A DNA stretch of 37,390 bases from Octopus bimaculoides. Lineage: Eukaryota. Position 1 is the first letter of the stretch, and every line of letters begins with the position of its first letter. The DNA lies in NCBI RefSeq assembly GCF_001194135.2, contig NC_068995.1:29874201-29911590 (forward strand), read 5' to 3'. Below, piece by piece: positions 24,480 to 35,201 of this stretch. The translations under genes and the position numbers were made by a program. The notes beneath the pieces are model-generated. The model worked only from the letters and a program-made list of their open reading frames with translations, was not told where the DNA came from and made no database searches.

Positions 24480-24610
24480 TCACTCTATCTTTTTTCTCTC
24501 TCTTTCCCTCTCTCTCTCCCTCCCTTTCTCTCCCTCCCTCCCTTTCTCTCCCTCCCTCCCTCTCTCTCCCTCTCTCTCCCTCCCTCTCTCTCTCTCTGTC
24601 TCTCTTTCAC
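24480..24610. repeat. CT-rich (CTCC/CT)n tract
   Basis: Directly visible. Confidence 0.9.
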
Positions 24611-24964
24611 ACGTCCATTTCACATACACGTACATCTTTCACTTTTCCTCTCATTCACTTTAAAACAAAAGTAAATAAATAAAAAAAATTAACGGAAATT
24701 AACGAACTCCGGATAATGAAATCACATTCAGTTAAAAATATTGTGTACGTCAAAAAGTCACTTGCTTTTGTTTTTTGTTTTCCATAGAGAGTGCAAAGAT
24801 AATGTGTGTGTATATGTCACAGATTGCAAATGTGTGTTGTGTTGATTGACATGGCATGACATTCATTTTTTGTGTGTGTATTCTGTATGTGTGTTGACAC
24901 CAGGGAAACTATGTTTTTTTTTTCATCAACAAATAACAAAAATTGTGTTTATTCCTTTAAATAG

Positions 24965-25004
24965 AGGTTCAGATGTCACAAAAATTTGTATGGCACTGCC
25001 AACG
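24965..25004 (+). other. Candidate 40-nt exon (alternative upstream acceptor at 24787)
   Basis: TTGTGTTTATTCCTTTAAATAG|AGGTTCAG...GCCAACG|GTAAGT has a consensus donor. A second strong acceptor is TTGCTTTTGTTTTTTGTTTTCCATAG| at 24787. All three frames of the 40 nt are open. Confidence 0.3.
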
Positions 25005-25269
25005 GTAAGTATGAAAATAAATATATAAAAAAAATTAAGATAAAATTTACTATTTCTGACATATTTCAGTTACACACAAACATCCCTAGAGTTTTTGTAC
25101 TATCAAGATATATAAATGTGTGGGGGTGTAGTGTGGGGGGTATTTATGCATCTACTCTATGGCAAGACACCTATGTCTTTCCTTTCTATATCTTTAATCT
25201 TTCCACCGGCACAAATCCATACCTGCTCAATACTACTCCCCAACCTCCCAATGGAGGGGATTTTGGCTT

Positions 25270-25490
25270 CCAAGGTACTTGGTGACCCTGTCAGCGCTGG
25301 TACCACACTAAAAGCACCCAGTACACTTTGAAAAGTGGTTGGTATTCAGAAGGGCATCATGCTGTGGAAACCATACCAAACAAGACAAAGGAACCTGGTG
25401 TGACTCCTGACCTTGTCAGCTCCTGTCAAATCATCTAACTTCTTTCCAACATGGAAAATGGATGTTAAATAATGATGATGATGATGGTGA
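25270..25490 (+). mobile_element. RTE-type 3' tail repeat, older copy
   Basis: AAAAGCACCCAGTACAC..GTGGTTGG..GAAGGGCATC..CATGGAAAATGGATGTTAAAT(GAT)n. Confidence 0.75.
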
Positions 25491-25514
25491 TATATATATC
25501 CCAAAGATGAGTAA

Positions 25515-27511
25515 CACATGTGGCTGGAGATTTTAATAAGCATGTCGGATGGCAACCTAGTATTTTCCATTGTGTACATGGGGGCCATGGAATTGGTTCC
25601 TGAAATGAAGGGAGAACTAGGATCCTGGAGTTCTGTGATGCAAATAGCCTATTGATCTGCAACACCAACTTCAGGAAGCCAGTTAGCCACCTGATAACCT
25701 ATCAATCAAGTGACTCTGCTGGCCAGATTGATTTAATTCACACCAGACAGTGGGATGCATGGTTGCTCTTAAATACAAAGACACTCTCTGGTGAAGAATG
25801 TACTCCCCAGCATAGACTAGTTATTAGTGATATTAAACTCGAGGCCAGAAGGAAGCCAAAAAGCAGATCAATCTGGAAAAGAAGGACTTGGAAGCTTAAG
25901 AACCCTTCACATGGTCAGAAATTTAGGGATATCTTCACTGACAAATTTGATGAGAAGGAAGAGGAGCTACAGACATAGAAGGCAACTGGAAATTCCTGCA
26001 AGAAAGCTTGCTGAGCACCACAGACCAAAGCTGTGGCTGGTGCAAAGTACCTTCCAGACCTAGGGTAATGTGGTGGTGGAACAAAACTGTAGACAGTAGA
26101 GCGAAGCAACAGGCCTGGAAGAGTAGGAGTAGCAGGGAACTGTATCAGATTGCCAGATGGGAAGCTAGGGGACAGGTATGTATAGCCAAGGGAGTAGCAG
26201 AAAAGAATTTTGCCAGTGTTCAGCGACGTGAGTACCAAAGAAATGAAGTATTTTGGATTGCCAGATGGTGTATGAGAGAAAATTGTGATGTCATTGGAGA
26301 GAAATGTGTCCGCACAGATGATGGTGCACTTGTGTTTAATGATACTGCAAGGAAAGAGGCTTGGAGATGTTATTATGAAAGACTGGTGAATGTGAAGAAT
26401 GAATGGGAGGTGGAGAGTCAGCTAAATGTTGACCCAATTGAGGGACCAGCTACTGAAATCAACAGTACCCTGGTAGATAAAGCAATCAGGGATATGAAGA
26501 CAAGGAAAGACCCCGGCCCATCGGGAATCACTGCTGAGATGCTTAAAATATCTGGCGGTGTGGGTTATGATCTAGTCACCTGTATCATAAATCAGGTTGT
26601 TCATGAAGGAGTCATACCCAATGACTGGTGTGGCAGCACCATAGTCAACTGCTACAAAGGTAAAGGTGATGCTTTAGATAGAAATAACTACAAGGGTATC
26701 AAATTGCTAGATCAGATGATGAAAGTTACGGAGAGGGTCATAGCCCAACTAATTAGTGCTGTCAGTAAGGTGAGAGTTGGCAACAAGTATAGGGAAGAAT
26801 TCTGGGTGGAAGTAGGGGTTCACCAAGAATCAGTCCGCAACCTCCACTTATTCATCATAGTCCTCCAGGCAATAATAAAGGAATTCAAGAGAGGCTTCCC
26901 CTGGGAGCTCCTCTTTGCTGATGACCTTGCTCTAAAAGCTGAGTCACTACCAGAAATAGAGATGAAGTTTCAGTTGGGGAAGCAAAGCCTAGAATCGAAG
27001 GGCCTAGTAAGTAGGAAGGCAAACAAATCACAAACCCCTTCATGTTGATGGCCATGCTCAATCTGTAGAAAAGGTATAGGTAGTAACTCCATAAGATGTA
27101 CCCGGTGTAAGCTATGAACACATAAAAGGTGCAGCAATATTAAAGGAAGGTTAACTGGGAAGATAGTTTTTGTGTGTGACAGATGCACAGGGGCAATAAA
27201 CACCGAAGATGTGCAGATAACAAATTCCATTACATGCCAGGGGAAAAAACTAGAAATAGTTGATAGCTTCTGCTACCTAAGCGACCAAGTCTGTAGTGGG
27301 GTTGGATGCTCTGAGAGCATAGCTGCTAGAATAAGGATAACCTGGGCAAAGTTCAGAAAGCTCCTACCTCTGCCAGCAACAAAGGGCCTCTCACTCAGAG
27401 TGAATGGTAAATGTATGATGCATGCGTGTGAACTGCCATGCTACACAGCAGTGAAACAAGGGCCATGACTACTGAGGATATGTGTAGGCTTGAAAAAAAT
27501 GAAGCTAGTAT
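25515..27511 (+). pseudogene. RTE-clade LINE ORF remnant (APE endonuclease C-terminus, RT with internal deletion, PHD-like finger); truncated at both ends
   Basis: APE: VAGDFNKHVG, ILEFCDANSLLICNTNFRK, QIDL, QHRLV. RT: KDPGPSGITAEMLK, NNYKGIKLL, VGVHQES, ELLFADDLAL, VDSFCYL, WAKFRKLLPL. Stops and frameshifts present. Confidence 0.93.
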
Positions 27512-27587
27512 AGATATTTCAAAATTATGATGCTATGATGCTAGGTGTTTCCATTATTTTGTCCAACCCCTGTATATGATACACACA

Positions 27588-27618
<31 letters not shown>

Positions 27619-28410
27619 NNNNNNNNNNNNNNNNNNNNNNNNNNNNNNNNNNNNNNNNNNNNNNNNNNNNNNNNNNNNNNNNNNNNNNNNNNNNNNNNNN
27701 NNNNNNNNNNNNNNNNNNNNNNNNNNNNNNNNNNNNNNNNNNNNNNNNNNNNNNNNNNNNNNNNNNNNNNNNNNNNNNNNNNNNNNNNNNNNNNNNNNNN
27801 NNNNNNNNNNNNNNNNNNNNNNNNNNNNNNNNNNNNNNNNNNNNNNNNNNNNNNNNNNNNNNNNNNNNNNNNNNNNNNNNNNNNNNNNNNNNNNNNNNNN
27901 NNNNNNNNNNNNNNNNNNNNNNNNNNNNNNNNNNNNNNNNNNNNNNNNNNNNNNNNNNNNNNNNNNNNNNNNNNNNNNNNNNNNNNNNNNNNNNNNNNNN
28001 NNNNNNNNNNNNNNNNNNNNNNNNNNNNNNNNNNNNNNNNNNNNNNNNNNNNNNNNNNNNNNNNNNNNNNNNNNNNNNNNNNNNNNNNNNNNNNNNNNNN
28101 NNNNNNNNNNNNNNNNNNNNNNNNNNNNNNNNNNNNNNNNNNNNNNNNNNNNNNNNNNNNNNNNNNNNNNNNNNNNNNNNNNNNNNNNNNNNNNNNNNNN
28201 NNNNNNNNNNNNNNNNNNNNNNNNNNNNNNNNNNNNNNNNNNNNNNNNNNNNNNNNNNNNNNNNNNNNNNNNNNNNNNNNNNNNNNNNNNNNNNNNNNNN
28301 NNNNNNNNNNNNNNNNNNNNNNNNNNNNNNNNNNNNNNNNNNNNNNNNNNNNNNNNNNNNNNNNNNNNNNNNNNNNNNNNNNNNNNNNNNNNNNNNNNNN
28401 NNNNNNNNNN

Positions 28411-28477
<67 letters not shown>

Positions 28478-28506
28478 CAAACAAAGAGAGAGAGAGAGAG
28501 TAAAGA

Positions 28507-28594
28507 TTATTTGCCAACATCATCTCCAGCTGGCTATCAACACACTATCTGCATCGGTAGCCAGCTGGAGACAATGTTTCCTAGGGCTAAATAA
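28507..28594. ncRNA. Candidate pre-miRNA-like hairpin
   Basis: Perfect 14-bp stem TCTCCAGCTGGCTA (28523-28536) / TAGCCAGCTGGAGA (28558-28571), extended by 2 bp inward and 5 bp outward, with a 17-nt loop and a basal stem. Structure only; no expression evidence. Confidence 0.3.
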
Positions 28595-28984
28595 CAGTAA
28601 CATTTGTGCTAATCAGGACTGCCACATTATGTTGGTAAATAATCTTTACCCTAGATTACTGATACTGAATGTTTCTTATTCAGAGATTTAGAAATAATAA
28701 TTTTTCTATTTCTATATATATAGTAATGCTTTGATATATGAGTTAATTTGTTTCCAGAGACTGCTCATAAAACAAAAACTCATAAAGCAGAACAATAATT
28801 TCCCATAGTAGCAATGTTATAAATCATAATTCGTTCCCTGAAAAATATTTTACCTATAAAATTTATACTAATTGTAAATAAAAGGCAATAAAATGACAGT
28901 AGAATGTAAAGAATATTTTATGTAAAGTAAACGGAATATCAAGATCGTTTGTGATAAAAAAAAAAAACTATTATTATTATATTC

Positions 28985-29225
28985 ATTTTCTGAATCACTT
29001 TCCCTTGCACTAGACTTGGGCATGCCATCACTTGTAGACATGATCACCGATTCGCAAGCACTTGTAGGTTTCTTTTTAAAAAACAAGTCTAGAATTGTTT
29101 GCTTAGAAGAAGCTTTTTAACGTTCTCTATAAATTTCTCGTTAACATGCAGAAGCATTTGTTATGGTAGTAGAAACTTTTGCACATAATTCAAAATTTGG
29201 ATCTTGTGCTCGAACTCTGCAAGAA
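28985..29225 (-). pseudogene. pogo/Tigger-like transposase C-terminal remnant
   Basis: Minus-strand translation QDPNFELCAKVSTTITNASAC*REIYRER*KASSKQTILDLFFKKKP matches the DPN..KV..CYREIY..KK..Q..LD.FF pattern at Tigger C-termini. Confidence 0.75.
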
Positions 29226-29328
29226 GTTAATAATATTTTTTGACTAAAACACAACTGGAACCCTAAGTAAGGCATGTGTAAAATTTGAGTGAAATTGGTT
29301 GCGTAGTTCTCGAGTTTTAGGGATTCAC

Positions 29329-29359
<31 letters not shown>

Positions 29360-29385
29360 CACATTCTCATTTTTATATATAGAGA
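29226..29385 (-). mobile_element. Helitron-like non-autonomous 5' end with (TCTG)n microsatellite
   Basis: Reverse complement starts A|TCTCTATATATAAAATGAGAATGTGTG(TCTG)n..AACTACGCAACCAATTTCACTCAAATTTTACAC, the pattern of microsatellite-carrying Helitron-type short elements. Confidence 0.55.
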
Positions 29386-29395
29386 TATATATATA

Positions 29396-30284
29396 TCATC
29401 ATCATTGTTTAATGTCCATTTTCCATGTTGGCATGGGCTGAACTGTTTGCCTGAATACTGACAAGCCAGTAGGCTGCACCAGGCTCCAATCTGATCTGGC
29501 AAGATTTCTACAACTGGATGCCCTTCCTAACACCAACCACTCTGAGAGTGTAGTGGGTGCTTTTTACATGTCACCAGCATGGGAGCCAATCAGGGGGCAC
29601 TGGCATCGATGACATTTGAATGGCGCTTTTTACATGCCACCACAACAGGAAGCCAGTTAGAGGGCACTGTTATCAACCCACACTCGAATGGTGCTTATTA
29701 AGTGCCACCAGCATGGATGCCAGTCAGGTGGCTCTGGCATCAGTCACTTGACTCAATAGGTTTTCTCAAGTACAGCATATTGCCTGATGATTCAAGAATA
29801 CTTTTAAATGGGCTGGATATGTGACACTGGCATCAGCCAAGGCTGCGATCTCACTTTACTTGCCGGGTCTTCTTGAGCACAACATATCTCAAAAGATCTG
29901 TTTCTCTGTGAGGCCCAATGTTCAAAGGTCATGCTTCACCACCTCATCCCATGTCTTCCTGAGTCTACTTCTTCCACAGGTTCCTTCCACTGTTAGGGTG
30001 TGACACTTCTTCACACAGCTCTCCTCTTCCATACGCAGCACATGACCATACCAGTGCAGTTGTCTCTCTTGTATACCACGTCTGTTGCTTCTTATGTCCA
30101 ACTTTTCTCTCAGAGTACTTACACTCTGTCTATGTGCACACTGACATTACACATCCAGTAGATCATACTAGCTTCATCTCTTTCAAGCCTACGCTTGTGC
30201 TCAGCAGTCATGGCTCATGTTTCAATGCTGTGTAGCAGGACTGTTCACACACATGCATCATATAATCTTCCTTTCACTCTGAGC
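29396..30284 (-). mobile_element. RTE LINE 3' end: ORF C-terminus, 3' UTR with three ~67-bp units, (GAT)n tail
   Basis: Minus-strand peptides LRVKGRLYDACV..RLERDEASM and WYGHVLRM..CVKKCHTLTVEGTCGRSRLRKTWDEVVKHDL, contiguous with the tail family seen elsewhere in the window. Confidence 0.88.
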
Positions 30285-30298
30285 AATATATATATATA

Positions 30299-31671
30299 TA
30301 CCAAGTGTAACATAAAAATTGTCACACTTACAAATTCTTAAAATTTCTTAAATCCAATAAACAAATCGATTAGTAATTTTCCATTTTTCCATATAAGAAC
30401 ACCAGTTTTGTAAGAATCAGTGAAATATCCGTTAAGATATTTAGTTAGAAAGAGAACAGGCTCACAGTGTCTTCCCAAATGATCAATGTTGAGAGGACTA
30501 AGATCATTCAGTACCAACATTCACTCTCTGGCTTCCATCTTCAAAGTCCATTCAAGAATCATCTAGAGAATTGTGAATAAGTTTGAGAAAATGGAAATAG
30601 TGGAAAGGAAAACTGGATCAGGAGGTCATAACCACAAGAAGGATGATCATTTCAATCCGGAGCTAAAGAGATCAATCTGATGAGATCCAGCTCAATCTAT
30701 AAGGTGTTTGGCATGTGAGAGAAGAGTTTTGGCTATGAAAGTACTAAGAGCTGTGACAAAAGACTTGAGAACGAAATTGTACTGAGACCTGTGAGGTACC
30801 TTGTTACTCCAGGACAAAAAGTTAAAAGGTTGGAGAAAGTGAAGATCATTTTGAGCAAAGTGAAACAATCCTGGAGTGATCTTTTACACAGATTAGAAGA
30901 ATTTCACCGAAGATATTCACACAGCCATGCACAACAACCATGTTCTGGCTTTACCTCCTCACGAGAGAAGCCAAATTTGTCATTTTCAAGTTCAAAAACT
31001 CTGCCAAGTCGATGATTTTTACTCGTGTGGCCTGTGAAGGCAAGAAGATGCCATTGATCATCATTGAGAAGGCTGACAGAAATTTGTTATGTTCTGGTTT
31101 TGAAAGATGTAAAGACCTGAATTCTTTCTGAATATCCTGAGGTAAGAGATGAGTGAAACCCCAACAAGATCGCTAAGAACTTCAAGTTTACATTACAGTA
31201 ATAGCTCAAAACTTTTTCAGGTATGAGTTTGGGAACAGGTTTGAGGTTAAGGATTCTTAACCTCCTTCATCACTTGATTTGAACCCTTTAGACTTCAGCA
31301 TCTGAAATGAACAGGTCAGAAAAGCTTGTGAGAATCCTCACAGTAACCTGAAAGCTCTCAAAAACTTCATCCGTAGGACGTAGGAGGAAGATATTGATGA
31401 GGAATTCATTAAGAAAGCTTCTGGTGCAATCATGAAGAGTGTTGAGGAAGTTATTGCCAAAAGAGAAGCAACTCTTGATGTCTATCAAGTAGAATTTTGT
31501 TCAGAATAGGTGCAGGAGTGGCTGTGTGGTAAGTAGCTTGCTTACTAACCACATGGTTCTGGGTTCAGTCCCACTGCGTGGCACCTTGGGCAAGTGTCTT
31601 CTACTATAGCCTCAGGCTGACCAAAGCCTCGTGAGTGGATTTGGTAGACGGAAACTGAAAGAAGCCCGTCG

Positions 31672-31718
<47 letters not shown>

Positions 31719-32050
31719 GTGTTTGTGTGTCTGTGTATGTGTGTCTGTTTGTCCCCCAACATTGCTTGATTGACAACCGATGTTGGTGTGTTTGCGTCCC
31801 CATAACTTAGCGGCTCGGCAAAAGAGACTGATAGAATAAGTACTGGGCTTCAAAAAATAAGTTTGTATTATTTTTGTATTAATTTTGTATTATTTGATTC
31901 TTTTGTCCGAAGAATTTCTAATGGGAGATATCTTACATGTTTCTCTTGTATGTACAATTTTGTAACTCCTATTAGCAAATGAAACATATGTAACTGTGAA
32001 TAAATAAAACCAAAAATTTTTTGAAATCTCCTGTTTTGATGTATGTGCAT
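30299..32050 (+). mobile_element. Decayed Tc1/mariner element, maT (DD37D)-like, interrupted by a SINE; right end approximate
   Basis: Fragments VERKTGSGGHN, NSAKSMIFTRVACEGKKMPL, PPSSLDLNPLDFSI* (31261-31305) and KACENPHSNLKALK. 30300-30440 weakly matches the reverse complement of ~31925-32050. D-D spacing not verified because of frameshifts. Confidence 0.7.
31508..31860 (+). mobile_element. Composite tRNA/CORE-type SINE: head, (TA)n/(TG)n linker, 3' module
   Basis: A-box-like TGGCTGTGTGG (31519), B-box-like GGGTTCAGTCC (31561), CORE-like TGGCACCTTGGGCAAGTGTCTT (31580), microsatellite ~31673-31745, 3' module 31745-31860. Confidence 0.85.
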
Positions 32051-33193
32051 ATATCAATAGATAAATATGTACACATATACATACACACACCCATATACAC
32101 CCACACCCACACTAGACATACACACTCATACACACACACACACACACACACAATTGCTTGAACTTATATATAGATAAATGATTCTTAGTAAAATAAACAG
32201 TGCAGTTATTATTATTAGTACTAACAGTAGACTGTTGCTGTTTTATTCTAAGAAACATTTATATGAAACTTGATAAAGCCTGAGACAACCAATAAGTACA
32301 GTTATTCAAACATCCGGTTGCAATAGTTTGTATGAAGTTTTAAGATAACAGCTTTACATGATATTAATCATTTATTTAAATCTTCAATTCTTTATTTTTT
32401 ATTTTATGTAACTCTTTTTTTCTTCAGGGAAAGTCATTTTTTTTTCATTCTTGTTTTTGGAGTGCTGGAAGATTTGTTTCCCTGGCAGTTTTTGTTGAAG
32501 TTTATCTCAATTATCAGTTTGGTATTACTTTTAAGATAGTAATAGTAAATATTACTTTGATGCTATTTTGATAGTAAATATTATTTAAGAATCAGTTGAG
32601 TAAACAAGAATCATAAATAACCGACTGAAATTTGACAACTTACATTCCATTATTAACTAGCACAGGTCTGGATAACTGATAAAGACACTTGTGTCTAAAT
32701 TACTGAATTAATTAATCTTAGTTGTAAATTAAAAACAATGAAGTGCAGTATACATCTCATTATTGTATTGAAAAAGCATGCTGTGTATTTAACTGAAGAA
32801 TGTTTTGTTAGCTTGCAGTTCTAGACACAAATCTTCTCTTAGGCAAAACATCAGTAGATTTGTGTTTCTGTACAGAAAGACATCCATTCTCAGCTACTTA
32901 CAGTGGATGACATGCACAAGAATCTATCATGCTGATCCTCTTCAAGTTTTCCTCTCTCTCAGCATTGAAGTGTTAAAACAAAATTAACTCCCATCAGATG
33001 CAATTATCTTGATTTTCTCTTCCTGGGGATCATGGATATCCATTCAAATAGCTATGTGGAAAGGTGGTCTGAATTTTACAATGTACTTTCAAACACCTAC
33101 AAATTTGTATATTCGTATTATGTTTATGATAAAACAGAGGAAAGCATTGTGGTTTGACATCAGCCAGAAGTAATCCAAAGGAAATTGAGAAGT

Positions 33194-33415
33194 CGAAATT
33201 TAACACTATTGTTGAAATCCAGAGCAAATTGCAAAAGGTTCTCAACTTGCTTATGGAAAATGAATTCCAGGTTGGATTCCAAAAGTAGCAGGAATGCTTG
33301 GACTGGTGTATTGCTGTACAAGGTGACTATTTTGAAGGAGATGATCTTAAAACTTAGGTAAAAGTGTTTTTATTAAATATAACAAATCTGGGGAACCTTT
33401 TGATATCACCTCGTA
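33194..33415 (+). mobile_element. Mariner 3' fragment with right TIR, same family as 4801-5450
   Basis: EIQSKLQKVLNLLMENEFQVGFQK*QECLDWCIAVQGDYFEGD, then TCTGGGGAACCTTTTGATATCACCTCG|TA (reverse complement TA|CGAGGTGATATCAAAAGG), a mariner-type terminus. Confidence 0.85.
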
Positions 33416-33911
33416 TCATATATACAATAGCAAGTCAATAATCCCTCACAACTCTTAAAAAATGGTGTGTTATTAAGGCAGTTACTTTCCAGATTTTAAT
33501 CATATTCATTATTTCAGTGAGTTCATCTGAAGTGGAATCATTAAATTTGATGTGAAGATCATGTTTGATAGTAGTTATTGTAGGTCTAACTGAAACTATG
33601 GAGAAATTGTTGAGAAAGTTTGGAAATGTTTTTTTAGTTATTCCTGTGGTCATTTGGCTTTTAGTTTCAACTTGTTCTTATTTCCCTGCTACTAATTTCT
33701 TCGGCAGTTTGCCATACCAGGAAGGATTGTTCATTTGTTGATGGTTGTGCAATCAGGTCTGTTTTGTTTTCAATATATTTTTTGGGGTTAAAATTCATAC
33801 ATATAGGGCTTTCTTATAAGTAGGTTATCTCCCTTGGCTAGGCGGCACTCCATGTAGACAATTAAACTTCCGCAGACTATCCACGCTATTGTTATTGTTT
33901 TATGTCTTATC

Positions 33912-34158
33912 ATGGATATAAAGCAGCTTGATGATTCAGCTATCGAAGTACTTACTGTGCCTGAGTTAAAATATTTAAGATTATATGGACAGTATGTTAC
34001 TGGAAGAAAGGCGGACTTGATTGAAAGGTTGAAAGGTATAAAAATTCTGTCGATGAAGAATGTCAACAAAGTAAATTCATCAAACGATAAGTCTGAAGTA
34101 TCGGACGATACTTCAGACAGGAATAAGCAGAAGCTTATATCACCTCTCGGTGAAGTAT
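33912..34158 (+). CDS. SAP-domain protein N-terminus (transposon accessory ORF), runs into gap
   Basis: EVLTVPELKYLRLYGQYVTGRKADLIERLK matches the SAP consensus LTVxELKxxLxxxGLxxxGxKxxLIxRL. Open from the ATG to the gap. Confidence 0.75.
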
Positions 34159-34938
34159 NNNNNNNNNNNNNNNNNNNNNNNNNNNNNNNNNNNNNNNNNN
34201 NNNNNNNNNNNNNNNNNNNNNNNNNNNNNNNNNNNNNNNNNNNNNNNNNNNNNNNNNNNNNNNNNNNNNNNNNNNNNNNNNNNNNNNNNNNNNNNNNNNN
34301 NNNNNNNNNNNNNNNNNNNNNNNNNNNNNNNNNNNNNNNNNNNNNNNNNNNNNNNNNNNNNNNNNNNNNNNNNNNNNNNNNNNNNNNNNNNNNNNNNNNN
34401 NNNNNNNNNNNNNNNNNNNNNNNNNNNNNNNNNNNNNNNNNNNNNNNNNNNNNNNNNNNNNNNNNNNNNNNNNNNNNNNNNNNNNNNNNNNNNNNNNNNN
34501 NNNNNNNNNNNNNNNNNNNNNNNNNNNNNNNNNNNNNNNNNNNNNNNNNNNNNNNNNNNNNNNNNNNNNNNNNNNNNNNNNNNNNNNNNNNNNNNNNNNN
34601 NNNNNNNNNNNNNNNNNNNNNNNNNNNNNNNNNNNNNNNNNNNNNNNNNNNNNNNNNNNNNNNNNNNNNNNNNNNNNNNNNNNNNNNNNNNNNNNNNNNN
34701 NNNNNNNNNNNNNNNNNNNNNNNNNNNNNNNNNNNNNNNNNNNNNNNNNNNNNNNNNNNNNNNNNNNNNNNNNNNNNNNNNNNNNNNNNNNNNNNNNNNN
34801 NNNNNNNNNNNNNNNNNNNNNNNNNNNNNNNNNNNNNNNNNNNNNNNNNNNNNNNNNNNNNNNNNNNNNNNNNNNNNNNNNNNNNNNNNNNNNNNNNNNN
34901 NNNNNNNNNNNNNNNNNNNNNNNNNNNNNNNNNNNNNT

Positions 34939-35201
34939 ATTTTAAATACTTTGTTTGGAAAAACGGATGGCAAGGGGTGATCTTTCGATGGTCCATTAAA
35001 ATTGACAAAATGCTGGGAACACATTTGGCTATTTGCAGTGTAAACAAAGTCTTTCCTCACAAGTCTCGATCTCTGAAGCCAAATACGACGAATAGCTACG
35101 TTTGCAGGATATCTATGTAGTGAAATAACTTTGCCGTCTACCATCTCCTCTCTATAGTGGCTGCATATACAGCAGTATTTGCGTGATTTCTTCGGAGACA
35201 T
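34939..35201 (-). CDS. THAP-domain protein N-terminus (probable transposase DNA-binding domain), runs into gap
   Basis: YCCICSH..SLHRYP..RRIW..R..MCSQHF..PSVF has the THAP C2CH signature with the conserved P, W, F and the terminal P-S-V-F (AVPTIF-like) box. 88 codons without a stop. Confidence 0.85.

Noticed and set aside
27525-28691. Long ORFs of 287-371 aa in the track (also those at 13370-14753 and 21662-22249)
   Set aside because: They consist of N-gap X runs plus microsatellite translations and carry no coding signal.
31508-31580. tRNA gene
   Set aside because: A and B boxes are present but there is no cloverleaf or acceptor stem; it continues into CORE-like SINE sequence.
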